This document shows, piece after piece, positions 12,928 through 26,701 of a DNA stretch of 64,000 nt (its first letter is position 1; the number at the start of each line of letters is the position of its first letter). Made by a program: the position numbers and the translations under genes. The notes under the pieces were generated by a model, which saw only the letters and a list, made by a program, of their open reading frames with translations, did not search any database and was not told the origin of the DNA. Source of the DNA: Eledone cirrhosa. Lineage: Eukaryota. Where the stretch lies: positions 339,760,001-339,824,000 of the forward strand of contig OZ024741.1 of NCBI GenBank assembly GCA_964016885.1. The letters run 5' to 3'.

Positions 12928-15900
12928 ATGGCCAATATAAGAGTTGGATGTGTGAACGTACGCGGCCTGGGGATGCCCTGGAAACAGGGCAAACTCTTAA
13001 ACGACCTCAGGTCGCACAGTATGGATGTAGTAGCCATTTGCGAGTCCAGGATCCACGGCGAGCGACAGCTGGCCCCCATCTTCGATGACTTTGAGATCTA
13101 CGCATCTCTCTGTCAACCGGGGGGTGGGGGCGGAGTAGCCGTTTTGCTGCGGAAACACTTGGGCCTCGTAACACAGACGGTACATCTGGACCCGGAGGGT
13201 CGACTGGTGGTCCTAGACGTTGACGGCAGTGAAGGTGGAGCCTTCAGGCTGGTGGCCGCATATGCCCCATCCGGGACACCGCGGCCAGACTTCTTCAAAC
13301 GTCTAGAGACTTTTCTGGGAACGTCCCGCTCCTTGCTTTTAGTGGGGGACTGGAATGGAATCCTAGATGCACGTTGGGACTATGTGGGAGCATGTCCCGA
13401 TAAAAGGGGGTGTAACAGCCTCAAACAGTTAATCGACCGATTTGACCTGGCCGATAGATATCGACTAGATTTTCCGACAGCGCCACTGTGGACGTGGAGT
13501 AATCGTAGCGGAACATCTAGATCGTACCTAGATAGGGTTCTAGTTAGAAATAAGGATAGGGACATGTTAAGCTGTCCACAAATGTTCATGGTTGCCTATT
13601 CAGATCACAAACTAGTGACTTGCATGGCCAACCTTGATAGAACCCATAGACAAGGACCCGGCTACTGGAAGCTGAACTTGTCTTTACCCACAAGCAAAGC
13701 CTACAGTAGACGGATTAGCACTTTAGTTAAACAGCACTTGACAGGGGCCATTGTCAACAACAGATGGTGGTACTCTCTCAAGAGAGCAGTTAGATTAGAC
13801 TCGATAGTTTTTAGTAAAGAATTAGCGTTAGATAGAAATAGAACCGAGAAGGAACTGGTAGATGAAGTAGAAGAGGCAATTAGAAGTGGCAACGTAGCCA
13901 GCGTGCTAGCAACGAGAACGGCCTTGGACCAGTTCTTCGACGCAAAGCACGAGGGCTGCGTTGTCAGAAGCAAAATACGTGCTCTGGGAAACGAGGGAGC
14001 TAAAGCTGTTAGCTGGGCCCGAGTGACGGAGGCAAAAAGTGGCAACAAGTCCACGATTCGGTCTTTGAAGGACCAAAACGAACGCGTGATACGTGAGCCG
14101 AAGCAGATGTGTGCGGCTTTTCAGCGGCACTTTGCTCAGCTGTTCGGGAGGGGCGGCGCGCCGGCAGAGGCTATGGATTTCGGTCCATACCTCGACGGCC
14201 TACCGCGACTCTCGGACAGCGAGGCAAAGTTCTGCGAAAAGCCGATTTCAGCCGTTGAGATAGGGGACGCGCTGAGCCAATGCGGCAAACGCAAATCTCC
14301 AGGTCTCGACGGTCTACCTTACGAATTTTACGTAGCAATGCCGGACTTATTCTCCGGTTTTCTGGAAGCAGTCTACTGCAACTGGCAACAGAACGGGAGA
14401 ATTCCCAGTTCTGTAACCGGGGGGGCATATGCGGCCACCAGCCTGAAGGCTCCACCTTCATGTTACCATTGCTTTAGCAGGGGGGACCTGAGGGCTTCCT
14501 GTCCTAAATTAATGAATAAAAAAATGGCTCATCTGCCGACACCCATCAAAACAACACAACCACCAACACCACCACAACAACAACAACACCAACACACAAA
14601 AATAACCACAACAAACACAGTCCCACCCAACCCCACACTAATCAGGAAGGACGAGAATAAGGGGGATGACATAGGCAACTTCCGGCCCATAACTCTGCTA
14701 AACACAGAGTTACAGATTTTGGCCAAGGTGTTGGCAAAGAGGCTGGCGCTTGTCGTCGAGAACCTGGTGGGAGAAGCGCAGACATGCGCAATCCCGACCA
14801 GGTCCATATACGACAACCTCCACTTCATGCGATACATCATAGAGAGGGTAGGGTGTAAACCCGGCTTCGGTGGGGCCCTGATCAACTTGGATCAGTCTAA
14901 GGCTTTCGATAGGGTTGACCCATCGTTACCTGGATGCGGCGCTCGAGGCGGCAGGCTTCGGACCCGTGTTCAGGGGCTGGATTGCTGCAATGCACAACAG
15001 CAACATCTGCTCAAGGGTCAAGGTGAACGGCTACCTCTCGGAGCCGTTCCATATTACGCGATCCATTCGACAGGGATGCCCTCTCTCCTCCCTTCTGTAC
15101 GTACTGACTCTCGAGCCACTACTGCGGAAGCTGGAGCTATTGCAGGGCATCCCTCTGGAACCGGGACTGCGGAAAGCGGCGTCGGCCTACGCCGACGACT
15201 TGAGAGTAATGGTGTCGAGCGCCTCGCAAATCGAGGAAGTCGGCACCTTACTGAAGGAATACGAAAGTTTCACAGGAGCGAAGCTGAACCGGGACAAGTC
15301 CATCGGTTTGCAACTCGGATCGTGGAGAGCAAAACCGATGCCTTCCGATGGCGTCGTCGGACGCTGGACGGAAGGACCGGTAAAGCTGCTCGGGGTCTGG
15401 TTTGGTCCGGACCTCCAGGTGGAAAAGAACTGGAACGAAGTGACGGCCAAGGTGTTTGCACTCACCCAGAAGTGGCCCGAGTGCAAACTATCCTTGAAAG
15501 GTCGAGCGGTGGTGGCGAACACTTTTATAGCGTCCGCCATCTACTACCGCTTGACCGTCGTACCTTGTCCAGCCAAAACGCTCGCCAAAATGGAACGCGC
15601 GCTCTTCCGATTCCTTTGGAAGAGGCGGGCTCCTTTGGTGAGAAGATCCATCTGCTGCCAATACCCTTCTAACGGAGGGCTGGGGAAACCGTGGTTGACG
15701 ATGCGTATTCCTCACCGGACAACCGGTGTGGGCCCCGTTCGTGAGGCGAGCCTTCCCACGACTCGTTTCGCTGACCGAGCTGCAGTCCTGGGTCAAGCAA
15801 AGACCGAGGAAAATGGGCGACTGGCACATCGAATGTGCTCAGGCGCTCACAGCCCTCTGGCAGGCGGACCCGGCGATCAGTGGAGACTCCACTTCGTCAT

Positions 15901-16539
15901 TCTATAGAGGGTTGATCCGCAGCAAGTGCGACGACGCGCTCGGTGAAACTCTAGGCGTAGAGGAAGATGAACTGGCCAGTCTGTTCGGTAGGACCTTCCG
16001 CCCGGGACCGATGGACAACTTCCAAAAGTCCCTGGCCTGGCAGTGCTACCGAGGAGCTCTACCAGTTCGAGACAAGCTCTACAGACATGGGCGCCCGGGC
16101 AGGGACCCTGCAAAAATGATCTGTCTGAGGTGCGTGCGAGACGAAGAAACCGTCGCGCACGCATTCATACACTGCCCGGGCGTCACTGACCTGTGAGGCT
16201 ATGTAGAACGACTATTGTCGCAGGTGGGACCAATCCGGTTGACCACCGAGTCCATTGTCATGATCAAACCGCCACCCTCCTTCAAAAAACGAAGGAGAGG
16301 CGGTTTTCCTTTGTGTGATAGCTATGGCGAAAGAGGTTGTATGGTGGACAAGGTTGAAAGGGCTGAGGTCAGACACCTTTCTCTCCGGCCAACAACTGAT
16401 TCTTTTTTTCAAATACCACTTTGGAAGAAGAATCAGGATGGAGAGAGAGGTGCTGTACCCTAGCAAGTTTTATGAAAGGTGGGTGAAAGTGGCGAGAATG
16501 GCCCGAGTGAATGGGCCTTCTCTCTATATCAGCCTGTAG
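12928..16539 (+). pseudogene. Copy C ORF2 (APE-RT-CCHC) with ~215 bp templated insertion, frameshifts (~14920, ~15706, ~16290) and stop at 16194-16196
   Basis: Colinear with copy B ORF2; YADD at ~15188; ~31 bp deletion between gta microhomologies at ~15706. Confidence 0.93.
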
Positions 16540-16826
16540 GTTGAGGAAAAGGATGAGGAGAGGAAAGGAGTACAAACTCTTCGTACTCCTGGAGATGAGG
16601 GTTGCACATTTTTTCAGGGGTATGTGTTACCCATATAAACTGTCTCCCTCTATTGGGGAAAATCGACTAACTTTTTAAATTCCATTTGTGATAACATTTT
16701 ACACGTTTTTATTGTATGTAAACTTCCCCCTTTGTATTTTTCCTCTTCTTTTGTGCCCCTGTGGCTAATAAAGAAACATATCTATCTATCTATCTATTTA
16801 TCTATCTATCTACCTATCTATCTATC

Positions 16827-16872
<46 letters not shown>

Positions 16873-17142
16873 AGTGTTTGTGTGTCTGATTCACCGCCTT
16901 AGGTCCTAATCCCCTCTTGGACTCAATTCACCTCCCCACATTCTCTAATACCCCTTCCATTATCACACCCCTAGATTCCTATCGCTTTCTCTTGATCATT
17001 ATCAGCTTCTCTTACAACTAATACATGCCGATACACACCCTTATATTAACATACTTTTGTTCATAGCTTCGTACTTACATGCACACACACTCCTTTACTC
17101 ACATATACACACACATTTCTTCTTAGCTTCGTACAGACCTAT

Positions 17143-17178
<36 letters not shown>

Positions 17179-17416
17179 CAGCAGCAACAACAACAACTTC
17201 GAAATGATGAAGTCCAAAGTTGCCCACGATAGGAATTGAACTGAAAACACAAAAATCTGGATGAATGCTGCGAAGAATTCCATCGAATGTTCTAACAACT
17301 CGGCCAATTCCCGTCCTTCTTCCGTGATATATCGTCCTTAATTTCACGACATTTCTTGAGCCAGCACATATTTATTAGTTTCATCATTGAATATTTAACA
17401 CTTTTGATTAGCAGGC

Positions 17417-17435
17417 TGGCCATTAGGTGGCGCTG
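17417..17435 (+). promoter_or_regulatory. CTCF-like motif in a unique-sequence island
   Basis: tggccattaggtggcgctg, one mismatch from the established CTCF core CCA(C/G)(C/T)AG(A/G)(T/G)GGC(A/G)C. Confidence 0.5.
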
Positions 17436-17564
17436 CTCACTGACAGCATTGAATATTTATTAAGTTGACCAATCAAAGTTTATTACTTTGACCACCAGGA
17501 ATTTATTGCAGCCGTGATCATATATATGGATTACTTTTATCTCATGTTACCACTACTTCGGCTA

Positions 17565-18130
17565 CCACCACTAACACCACCACCAACATTAGCAGCACCA
17601 CCACCACCACCAGCACCACCACCTCCATAACCAACACCATCACCACTAACACCACCACCAACAGTAGCAGCACACCACCAGCAACACCACCACCAAAACC
17701 ACCTCCACCAACAGCAGCAGCAACACCATCAGCACCACCACCAACGACAACACCACCAACGACAACACCTCCACCACTACCTTAACCACCACCAACACCA
17801 CCACCATCACCACCACCACGAACACCACCATTACCATAACCACCACCACCCCACCACCACCACCACCACCACTACCTTAACCACCACCACCACAACCACC
17901 AACACCACCATTACCATAACCATCAGACCCCCCCCCCCACCCACCACCACCACCACCACCACCAGCCCCACCAGCACCACCAGCACCAGCACCACCACCA
18001 CCACCAGTACCACCACCAACATTGTCACCATTACTGCCACCAAAACCACCACCATTACTGCCAACACCAACACTACCACCACTACTGCTACTATTATTGC
18101 CGCCATTAACAGTGCCAACAGTACTACCAT
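17565..18130. repeat. (ACC/AGC/AAC)n low-complexity lead-in to the satellite
   Basis: Direct inspection. Confidence 0.9.
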
Positions 18131-21100
18131 TACTGTCACCACCACCACTACTGCCACCAGCATCACTACTGCCACCAGCATCACTACCATCACTACCACC
18201 AGTACCACCACTGTCACCATTACTGCCACCACCACCACTACTGCCACCAGCATCACTACCATCACTACCACCAATACCACCACTGTCACCATTACTGTCA
18301 CCACCACCACTACTGCCACCAGCATCACTACCATCACTACCACCAGTACCACCACTGTCACCACTACTGTCACCACCACCACTACTGCCACCAGCATCAC
18401 TACCATCACTACCACCAGTACCACCACTGTCACCACTACTGTCACCACCACCACTACTGCCACCAGCATCACTACCATCACTACCACCAATACCACCACT
18501 GTCACCATTACTGTTACCAATACCACTACTGCCACCAGCATCACTACCATCACTACCACCAATACCACCACTGTCACCATTACTGTCACCACCACCACTA
18601 CTGCCACCAGCATCACTACCATCACTACCACCAGTACCACCACTGTCACCATTACTGTTACCACCACCACTACTGCCACCAGCATCACTACCATCACTAC
18701 CACCAATACCACCACTGTCACCATTACTGTCACCACCACCACTACTGCCACCAGCATCACTACCATCACTACCACCAGTACCACCACTGTCACCATTACT
18801 GCCACCAGCATCACTACTGCCACCAGCATCACTACCATCACTACCACCAATACCACCACTGTCACCATTACTGTCACCAATACCACTACTGCCACCAGCA
18901 TCACTACCATCACTACCACCAATACCACCACTGTCACCATTACTGTCACCACCACCACTACTGCCACCAGCATCACTACCATCACTACCACCAATACCAC
19001 CACTGTCACCATTACTGTCACCAATACCACTACTGCCACCAGCATCACTACCATCACTACCACCAGTACCACCACTGTCACCATTACTGTCACCAATACC
19101 ACTACTGCCACCAGCATCACTACCATCACTACCACCAATACTACCACTGTCACCATTACTGTCACCACCACCACTACTGCCACCAGCATCACTACCATCA
19201 CTACCACCAATACCACCACTGTCACCATTACTGTCACCACCACCACTACTGCCACCAGCATCACTACCATCACTACCACCAGTACCACCACTGTCACCAT
19301 TACTGTCACCACCACCACTACTGCCACCAGCATCACTACCATCACTACCACCAATACCACCACTGTCACCATTACTGTCACCACCACCACTACTGCCACC
19401 AGCATCACTACCATCACTACCACCAGTACCACCACTGTCACCATTACTGTCACCACCACCACTACTGCCACCAGCATCACTACCATCACTACCACCAGTA
19501 CCACCACTGTCACCATTACTGTCACCAATACCACTACTGCCACCAGCATCACTACCATCACTACCACCAGTACCACCACTGTCACAATTACTGCCACCAC
19601 CACCACTACTGCCACCAGCATCACTACCATCACTACCACCAGTACCACCACTGTCACCATTACTGCCACCACCACCACTACTGCCACCAGCATCACTACC
19701 ATCACTACCACCAGTACCACCACTGTCACCATTACTGTTACCAATACCACTACTGCCACCAGCATCACTACCATCACTACCACCAGTACCACCACTGTCA
19801 CCAATACCACTACTGCCACCAGCATCACTACCATCACTACCACCAGTACCACCACTGTCACCATTACTGTCACCAATACCACTACTGCCACCAGCATCAC
19901 TACCATCACTACCACCAATACCACCACTGTCACCATTACTGTCACCACCACCACTACTGCCACCAGCATCACTACCATCACTACCACCAATACCACCACT
20001 GTCACCATTACTGTCACCACCACCACTACTGCCACCAGCATCACTACCATCACTACCACCAGTACCACCACTGTCACCATTACTGTCACCACCACCACTA
20101 CTGCCACCAGCATCACTACCATCACTACCACCAATACCACCACTGTCACCATTACTGTCACCACCACCACTACTGCCACCAGCATCACTACCATCACTAC
20201 CACCAATACCACCACTGTCACCATTACTGTCACCACCACCACTACTGCCACCAGCATCACTACCATCACTACCACCAGTACCACCACTGTCACCATTACT
20301 GTCACCACCACCACTACTGCCACCAGCATCACTACCATCACTACCACCAATACCACCACTGTCACCATTACTGTCACCACCACCACTACTGCCACCAGCA
20401 TCACTACCATCACTACCACCAATACCACCACTGTCACCATTACTGTCACCACCACCACTACTGCCACCAGCATCACTACCATCACTACCACCAGTACCAC
20501 CACTGTCACCATTACTGTCACCACCACCACTACTGCCACCAGCATCACTACCATCACTACCACCAATACCACCACTGTCACCATTACTGTCACCACCACC
20601 ACTACTGCCACCAGCATCACTACCATCACTACCACCAGTACCACCACTGTCACCATTACTGTCACCACCACCACTACTGCCACCAGCATCACTACCATCA
20701 CTACCACCAATACCACCACTGTCACCATTACTGTCACCACCACCACTACTGCCACCAGCATCACTACCATCACTACCACCAATACCACCACTGTCACCAT
20801 TACTGTCACCACCACCACTACTGCCACCAGCATCACTACCATCACTACCACCAGTACCACCACTGTCACCATTACTGTCACCACCACCACTACTGCCACC
20901 AGCATCACTACCATCACTACCACCAATACCACCACTGTCACCATTACTGTCACCAATACCACTACTGCCACCAGCATCACTACCATCACTACCACCAATA
21001 CCACCACTGTCACCATTACTGTCACCAATACCACTACTGCCACCAGCATCACTACCATCACTACCACCAATACCACCACTGTCACCATTACTGTCACCAA

Positions 21101-24100
21101 TACCACTACTGCCACCAGCATCACTACCATCACTACCACCAGTACCACCACTGTCACCATTACTGTCACCAATACCACTACTGCCACCAGCATCACTACC
21201 ATCACTACCACCAGTACCACCACTGTCACCATTACTGTCACCACCACCACTACTGCCACCAGCATCACTACCATCACTACCACCAATACCACCACTGTCA
21301 CCATTACTGTCACCACCACCACTACTGCCACCAGCATCACTACCATCACTACCACCAGTACCACCACTGTCACCATTACTGTCACCACCACCACTACTGC
21401 CACCAGCATCACTACCATCACTACCACCAATACCACCACTGTCACCATTACTGTCACCAATACCACTACTGCCACCAGCATCACTACCATCACTACCACC
21501 AATACCACCACTGTCACCATTACTGTCACCAATACCACTACTGCCACCAGCATCACTACCATCACTACCACCAATACCACCACTGTCACCATTACTGTCA
21601 CCAATACCACTACTGCCACCAGCATCACTACCATCACTACCACCAATACCACCACTGTCACCATTACTGTCACCAATACCACTACTGCCACCAGCATCAC
21701 TACCATCACTACCACCAGTACCACCACTGTCACCATTACTGTCACCACCACCACTACTGCCACCAGCATCACTACCATCACTACCACCAGTACCACCACT
21801 GTCACCATTACTGTCACCACCACCACTACTGCCACCAGCATCACTACCATCACTACCACCAGTACCACCACTGTCACCATTACTGTCACCACCACCACTA
21901 CTGCCACCAGCATCACTACCATCACTACCACCAGTACCACCACTGTCACCATTACTGTCACCACCACCACTACTGCCACCAGCATCACTACCATCACTAC
22001 CACCAGTACCACCACTGTCACCATTACTGTCACCAATACCACTACTGCCACCAGCATCACTACCATCACTACCACCAGTACCACCACTGTCACCATTACT
22101 GTCACCAATACCACTACTGCCACCAGCATCACTACCATCACTACCACCAATACTACCACTGTCACCACTACTGTCACCACCACCACTACTGCCACCAGCA
22201 TCACTACCATCACTACCACCAGTACCACCACTGTCACCATTACTGTCACCACCACCACTACTGCCACCAGCATCACTACCATCACTACCACCAGTACCAC
22301 CACTGTCACCACTACTGTCACCACCACCACTACTGCCACCAGCATCACTACCATCACTACCACCAGTACCACCACTGTCACCATTACTGTCACCACCACC
22401 ACTACTGCCACCAGCATCACTACCATCACTACCACCAATACCACCACTGTCACCATTACTGTCACCAATACCACTACTGCCACCAGCATCACTACCATCA
22501 CTACCACCAATACCACCACTGTCACCATTACTGTCACCAATACCACTACTGCCACCAGCATCACTACCATCACTACCACCAGTACCACCACTGTCACCAT
22601 TACTGTCACCACCACCACTACTGCCACCAGCATCACTACCATCACTACCACCAATACCACCACTGTCACCATTACTGTCACCACCACCACTACTGCCACC
22701 AGCATCACTACCATCACTACCACCAATACCACCACTGTCACCATTACTGTCACCACCACCACTACTGCCACCAGCATCACTACCATCACTACCACCAATA
22801 CCACCACTGTCACCATTACTGTCACCAATACCACTACTGCCACCAGCATCACTACCATCACTACCACCAGTACCACCACTGTCACCATTACTGTCACCAC
22901 CACCACTACTGCCACCAGCATCACTACCATCACTACCACCAGTACCACCACTGTCACCATTACTGTCACCACCACCACTACTGCCACCAGCATCACTACC
23001 ATCACTACCACCAATACCACCACTGTCACCATTACTGTCACCAATACCACTACTGCCACCAGCATCACTACCATCACTACCACCAGTACCACCACTGTCA
23101 CCATTACTGTCACCACCACCACTACTGCCACCAGCATCACTACCATCACTACCACCAGTACCACCACTGTCACCATTACTGTCACCACCACCACTACTGC
23201 CACCAGCATCACTACCATCACTACCACCAATACCACCACTGTCACCATTACTGTCACCAATACCACTACTGCCACCAGCATCACTACCATCACTACCACC
23301 AATACCACCACTGTCACCATTACTGTCACCAATACCACTACTGCCACCAGCATCACTACCATCACTACCACCAGTACCACCACTGTCACCATTACTGTCA
23401 CCACCACCACTACTGCCACCAGCATCACTACCATCACTACCACCAGTACCACCACTGTCACCATTACTGTCACCACCACCACTACTGCCACCAGCATCAC
23501 TACCATCACTACCACCAGTACCACCACTGTCACCATTACTGTCACCAATACCACTACTGCCACCAGCATCACTACCATCACTACCACCAATACCACCACT
23601 GTCACCATTACTGTCACCAATACCACTACTGCCACCAGCATCACTACCATCACTACCACCAGTACCACCACTGTCACCATTACTGTCACCACCACCACTA
23701 CTGCCACCAGCATCACTACCATCACTACCACCAGTACCACCACTGTCACCATTACTGTCACCAATACCACTACTGCCACCAGCATCACTACCATCACTAC
23801 CACCAATACCACCACTGTCACCATTACTGTCACCACCACCACTACTGCCACCAGCATCACTACCATCACTACCACCAATACCACCACTGTCACCATTACT
23901 GTCACCACCACCACTACTGCCACCAGCATCACTACCATCACTACCACCAGTACCACCACTGTCACCATTACTGTCACCACCACCACTACTGCCACCAGCA
24001 TCACTACCATCACTACCACCAGTACCACCACTGTCACCATTACTGTCACCAATACCACTACTGCCACCAGCATCACTACCATCACTACCACCAGTACCAC

Positions 24101-26125
24101 CACTGTCACCATTACTGTCACCACCACCACTACTGCCACCAGCATCACTACCATCACTACCACCAGTACCACCACTGTCACCATTACTGTCACCAATACC
24201 ACTACTGCCACCAGCATCACTACCATCACTACCACCAGTACCACCACTGTCACCACTACTGTCACCACCACCACTACTGCCACCAGCATCACTACCATCA
24301 CTACCACCAGTACCACCACTGTCACCATTACTGTCACCAATACCACTACTGCCACCAGCATCACTACCATCACTACCACCAGTACCACCACTGTCACCAC
24401 TACTGTCACCACCACCACTACTGCCACCAGCATCACTACCATCACTACCACCAGTACCACCACTGTCACCATTACTGTCACCACCACCACTACTGCCACC
24501 AGCATCACTACCATCACTACCACCAGTACCACCACTGTCACCATTACTGTCACCACCACCACTACTGCCACCAGCATCACTACCATCACTACCACCAATA
24601 CCACCACTGTCACCATTACTGTCACCAATACCACTACTGCCACCAGCATCACTACCATCACTACCACCAGTACCACCACTGTCACCATTACTGTCACCAC
24701 CACCACTACTGCCACCAGCATCACTACCATCACTACCACCAGTACCACCACTGTCACCATTACTGTCACCACCACCACTACTGCCACCAGCATCACTACC
24801 ATCACTACCACCAGTACCACCACTGTCACCATTACTGTCACCACCACCACTACTGCCACCAGCATCACTACCATCACTACCACCAGTACCACCACTGTCA
24901 CCATTACTGTCACCACCACCACTACTGCCACCAGCATCACTACCATCACTACCACCAGTACCACCACTGTCACCATTACTGTCACCACCACCACTACTGC
25001 CACCAGCATCACTACCATCACTACCACCAATACCACCACTGTCACCATTACTGTCACCAATACCACTACTGCCACCAGCATCACTACCATCACTACCACC
25101 AATACCACCACTGTCACCATTACTGTCACCAATACCACTACTGCCACCAGCATCACTACCATCACTACCACCAATACCACCACTGTCACCATTACTGTCA
25201 CCACCACCACTACTGCCACCAGCATCACTACCATCACTACCACCAATACCACCACTGTCACCATTACTGTCACCAATACCACTACTGCCACCAGCATCAC
25301 TACCATCACTACCACCAATACCACCACTGTCACCATTACTGTCACCAATACCACTACTGCCACCAGCATCACTACCATCACTACCACCAATACCACCACT
25401 GTCACCATTACTGTCACCACCACCACTACTGCCACCAGCATCACTACCATCACTACCACCAGTACCACCACTGTCACCATTACTGTCACCAATACCACTA
25501 CTGCCACCAGCATCACTACCATCACTACCACCAATACCACCACTGTCACCATTACTGTCACCAATACCACTACTGCCACCAGCATCACTACCATCACTAC
25601 CACCAGTACCACCACTGTCACCATTACTGTCACCACCACCACTACTGCCACCAGCATCACTACCATCACTACCACCAATACCACCACTGTCACCATTACT
25701 GTCACCACCACCACTACTGCCACCAGCATCACTACCATCACTACCACCAATACCACCACTGTCACCATTACTGTCACCACCACCACTACTGCCACCAGCA
25801 TCACTACCATCACTACCACCAATACCACCACTGTCACCATTACTGTCACCAATACCACTACTGCCACCAGCATCACTACCATCACTACCACCAGTACCAC
25901 CACTGTCACCATTACTGTCACCACCACCACTACTGCCACCAGCATCACTACCATCACTACCACCAGTACCACCACTGTCACCATTACTGTCACCACCACC
26001 ACTACTGCCACCAGCATCACTACCATCACTACCACCAGTACCACCACTGTCACCATTACTGTCACCAATACCACTACTGCCACCAGCATCACTACCATCA
26101 CTACCACCAGTACCACCACCACTAC
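18130..26125. repeat. 72-bp tandem satellite, roughly 110 copies
   Basis: Unit ccactactgccaccagcatcactaccatcactaccacca(g/a)taccaccactgtcaccattactgtcacca(cc/at)a; starts at 18381 and 18453; 5 units per 360 bp. Confidence 0.97.
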
Positions 26126-26192
26126 TATCAACAAGCAAAACTGACACCAAATCACGACCAATGTTTGTTTAGACACACACACACACATACAC

Positions 26193-26291
<99 letters not shown>

Positions 26292-26701
26292 TGTGTGTGT
26301 GTGTGTGTGTGTGTATGTATATGTGTGTGTATGTGTGTGTGTGTGTGTGTCTGTGTATGTATCTGTGTGTGTATGAGTGTGTGAGTAAAAAAACAGGCGT
26401 TTTTGATATAAATACATATACATACACGGAGAGAAATCCAAAAAGAGATTGAGCGGAAGGTTTGGAGGTGCAAATAAATAGGTAAAGTAGTGGATATTTT
26501 ATTATAGCTGCGAGGCGATACAAATATTTCGAGGGCCAGGAGTCTCCTGCGTAACCCATTTGTACAGTTTTCAGAATGCGTTAAAGAGATAATTCTTGTC
26601 CCTCCATTCACTGGCATAGTTTGCAGCTATGACATATTATGTATGTATGTATGTATGTATGTATGTATGTATGTATGTATGTATGTATGTATGTATGTAT
26701 G

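Larger units (their letters stand above)
10760..16830 (+). mobile_element. L1/Tx1-clade LINE copy C, near full length, abutting the tail of copy B, ending in (TATC)n
   Basis: Same architecture as copy B; AATAAA at ~16767 followed by tatctatctatc. Confidence 0.95.

Noticed and set aside
7530-16575. Short antisense and alternate-frame ORFs within LINE ORF2 regions
   Set aside because: Shadow ORFs of GC-rich coding sequence with no independent motifs.
17831-26617. 2700-2900 aa ORFs on both strands as genes
   Set aside because: They result from a stop-free 72-bp unit, run into (CA)n/(TA)n microsatellites, and show no domain or supported splice structure.
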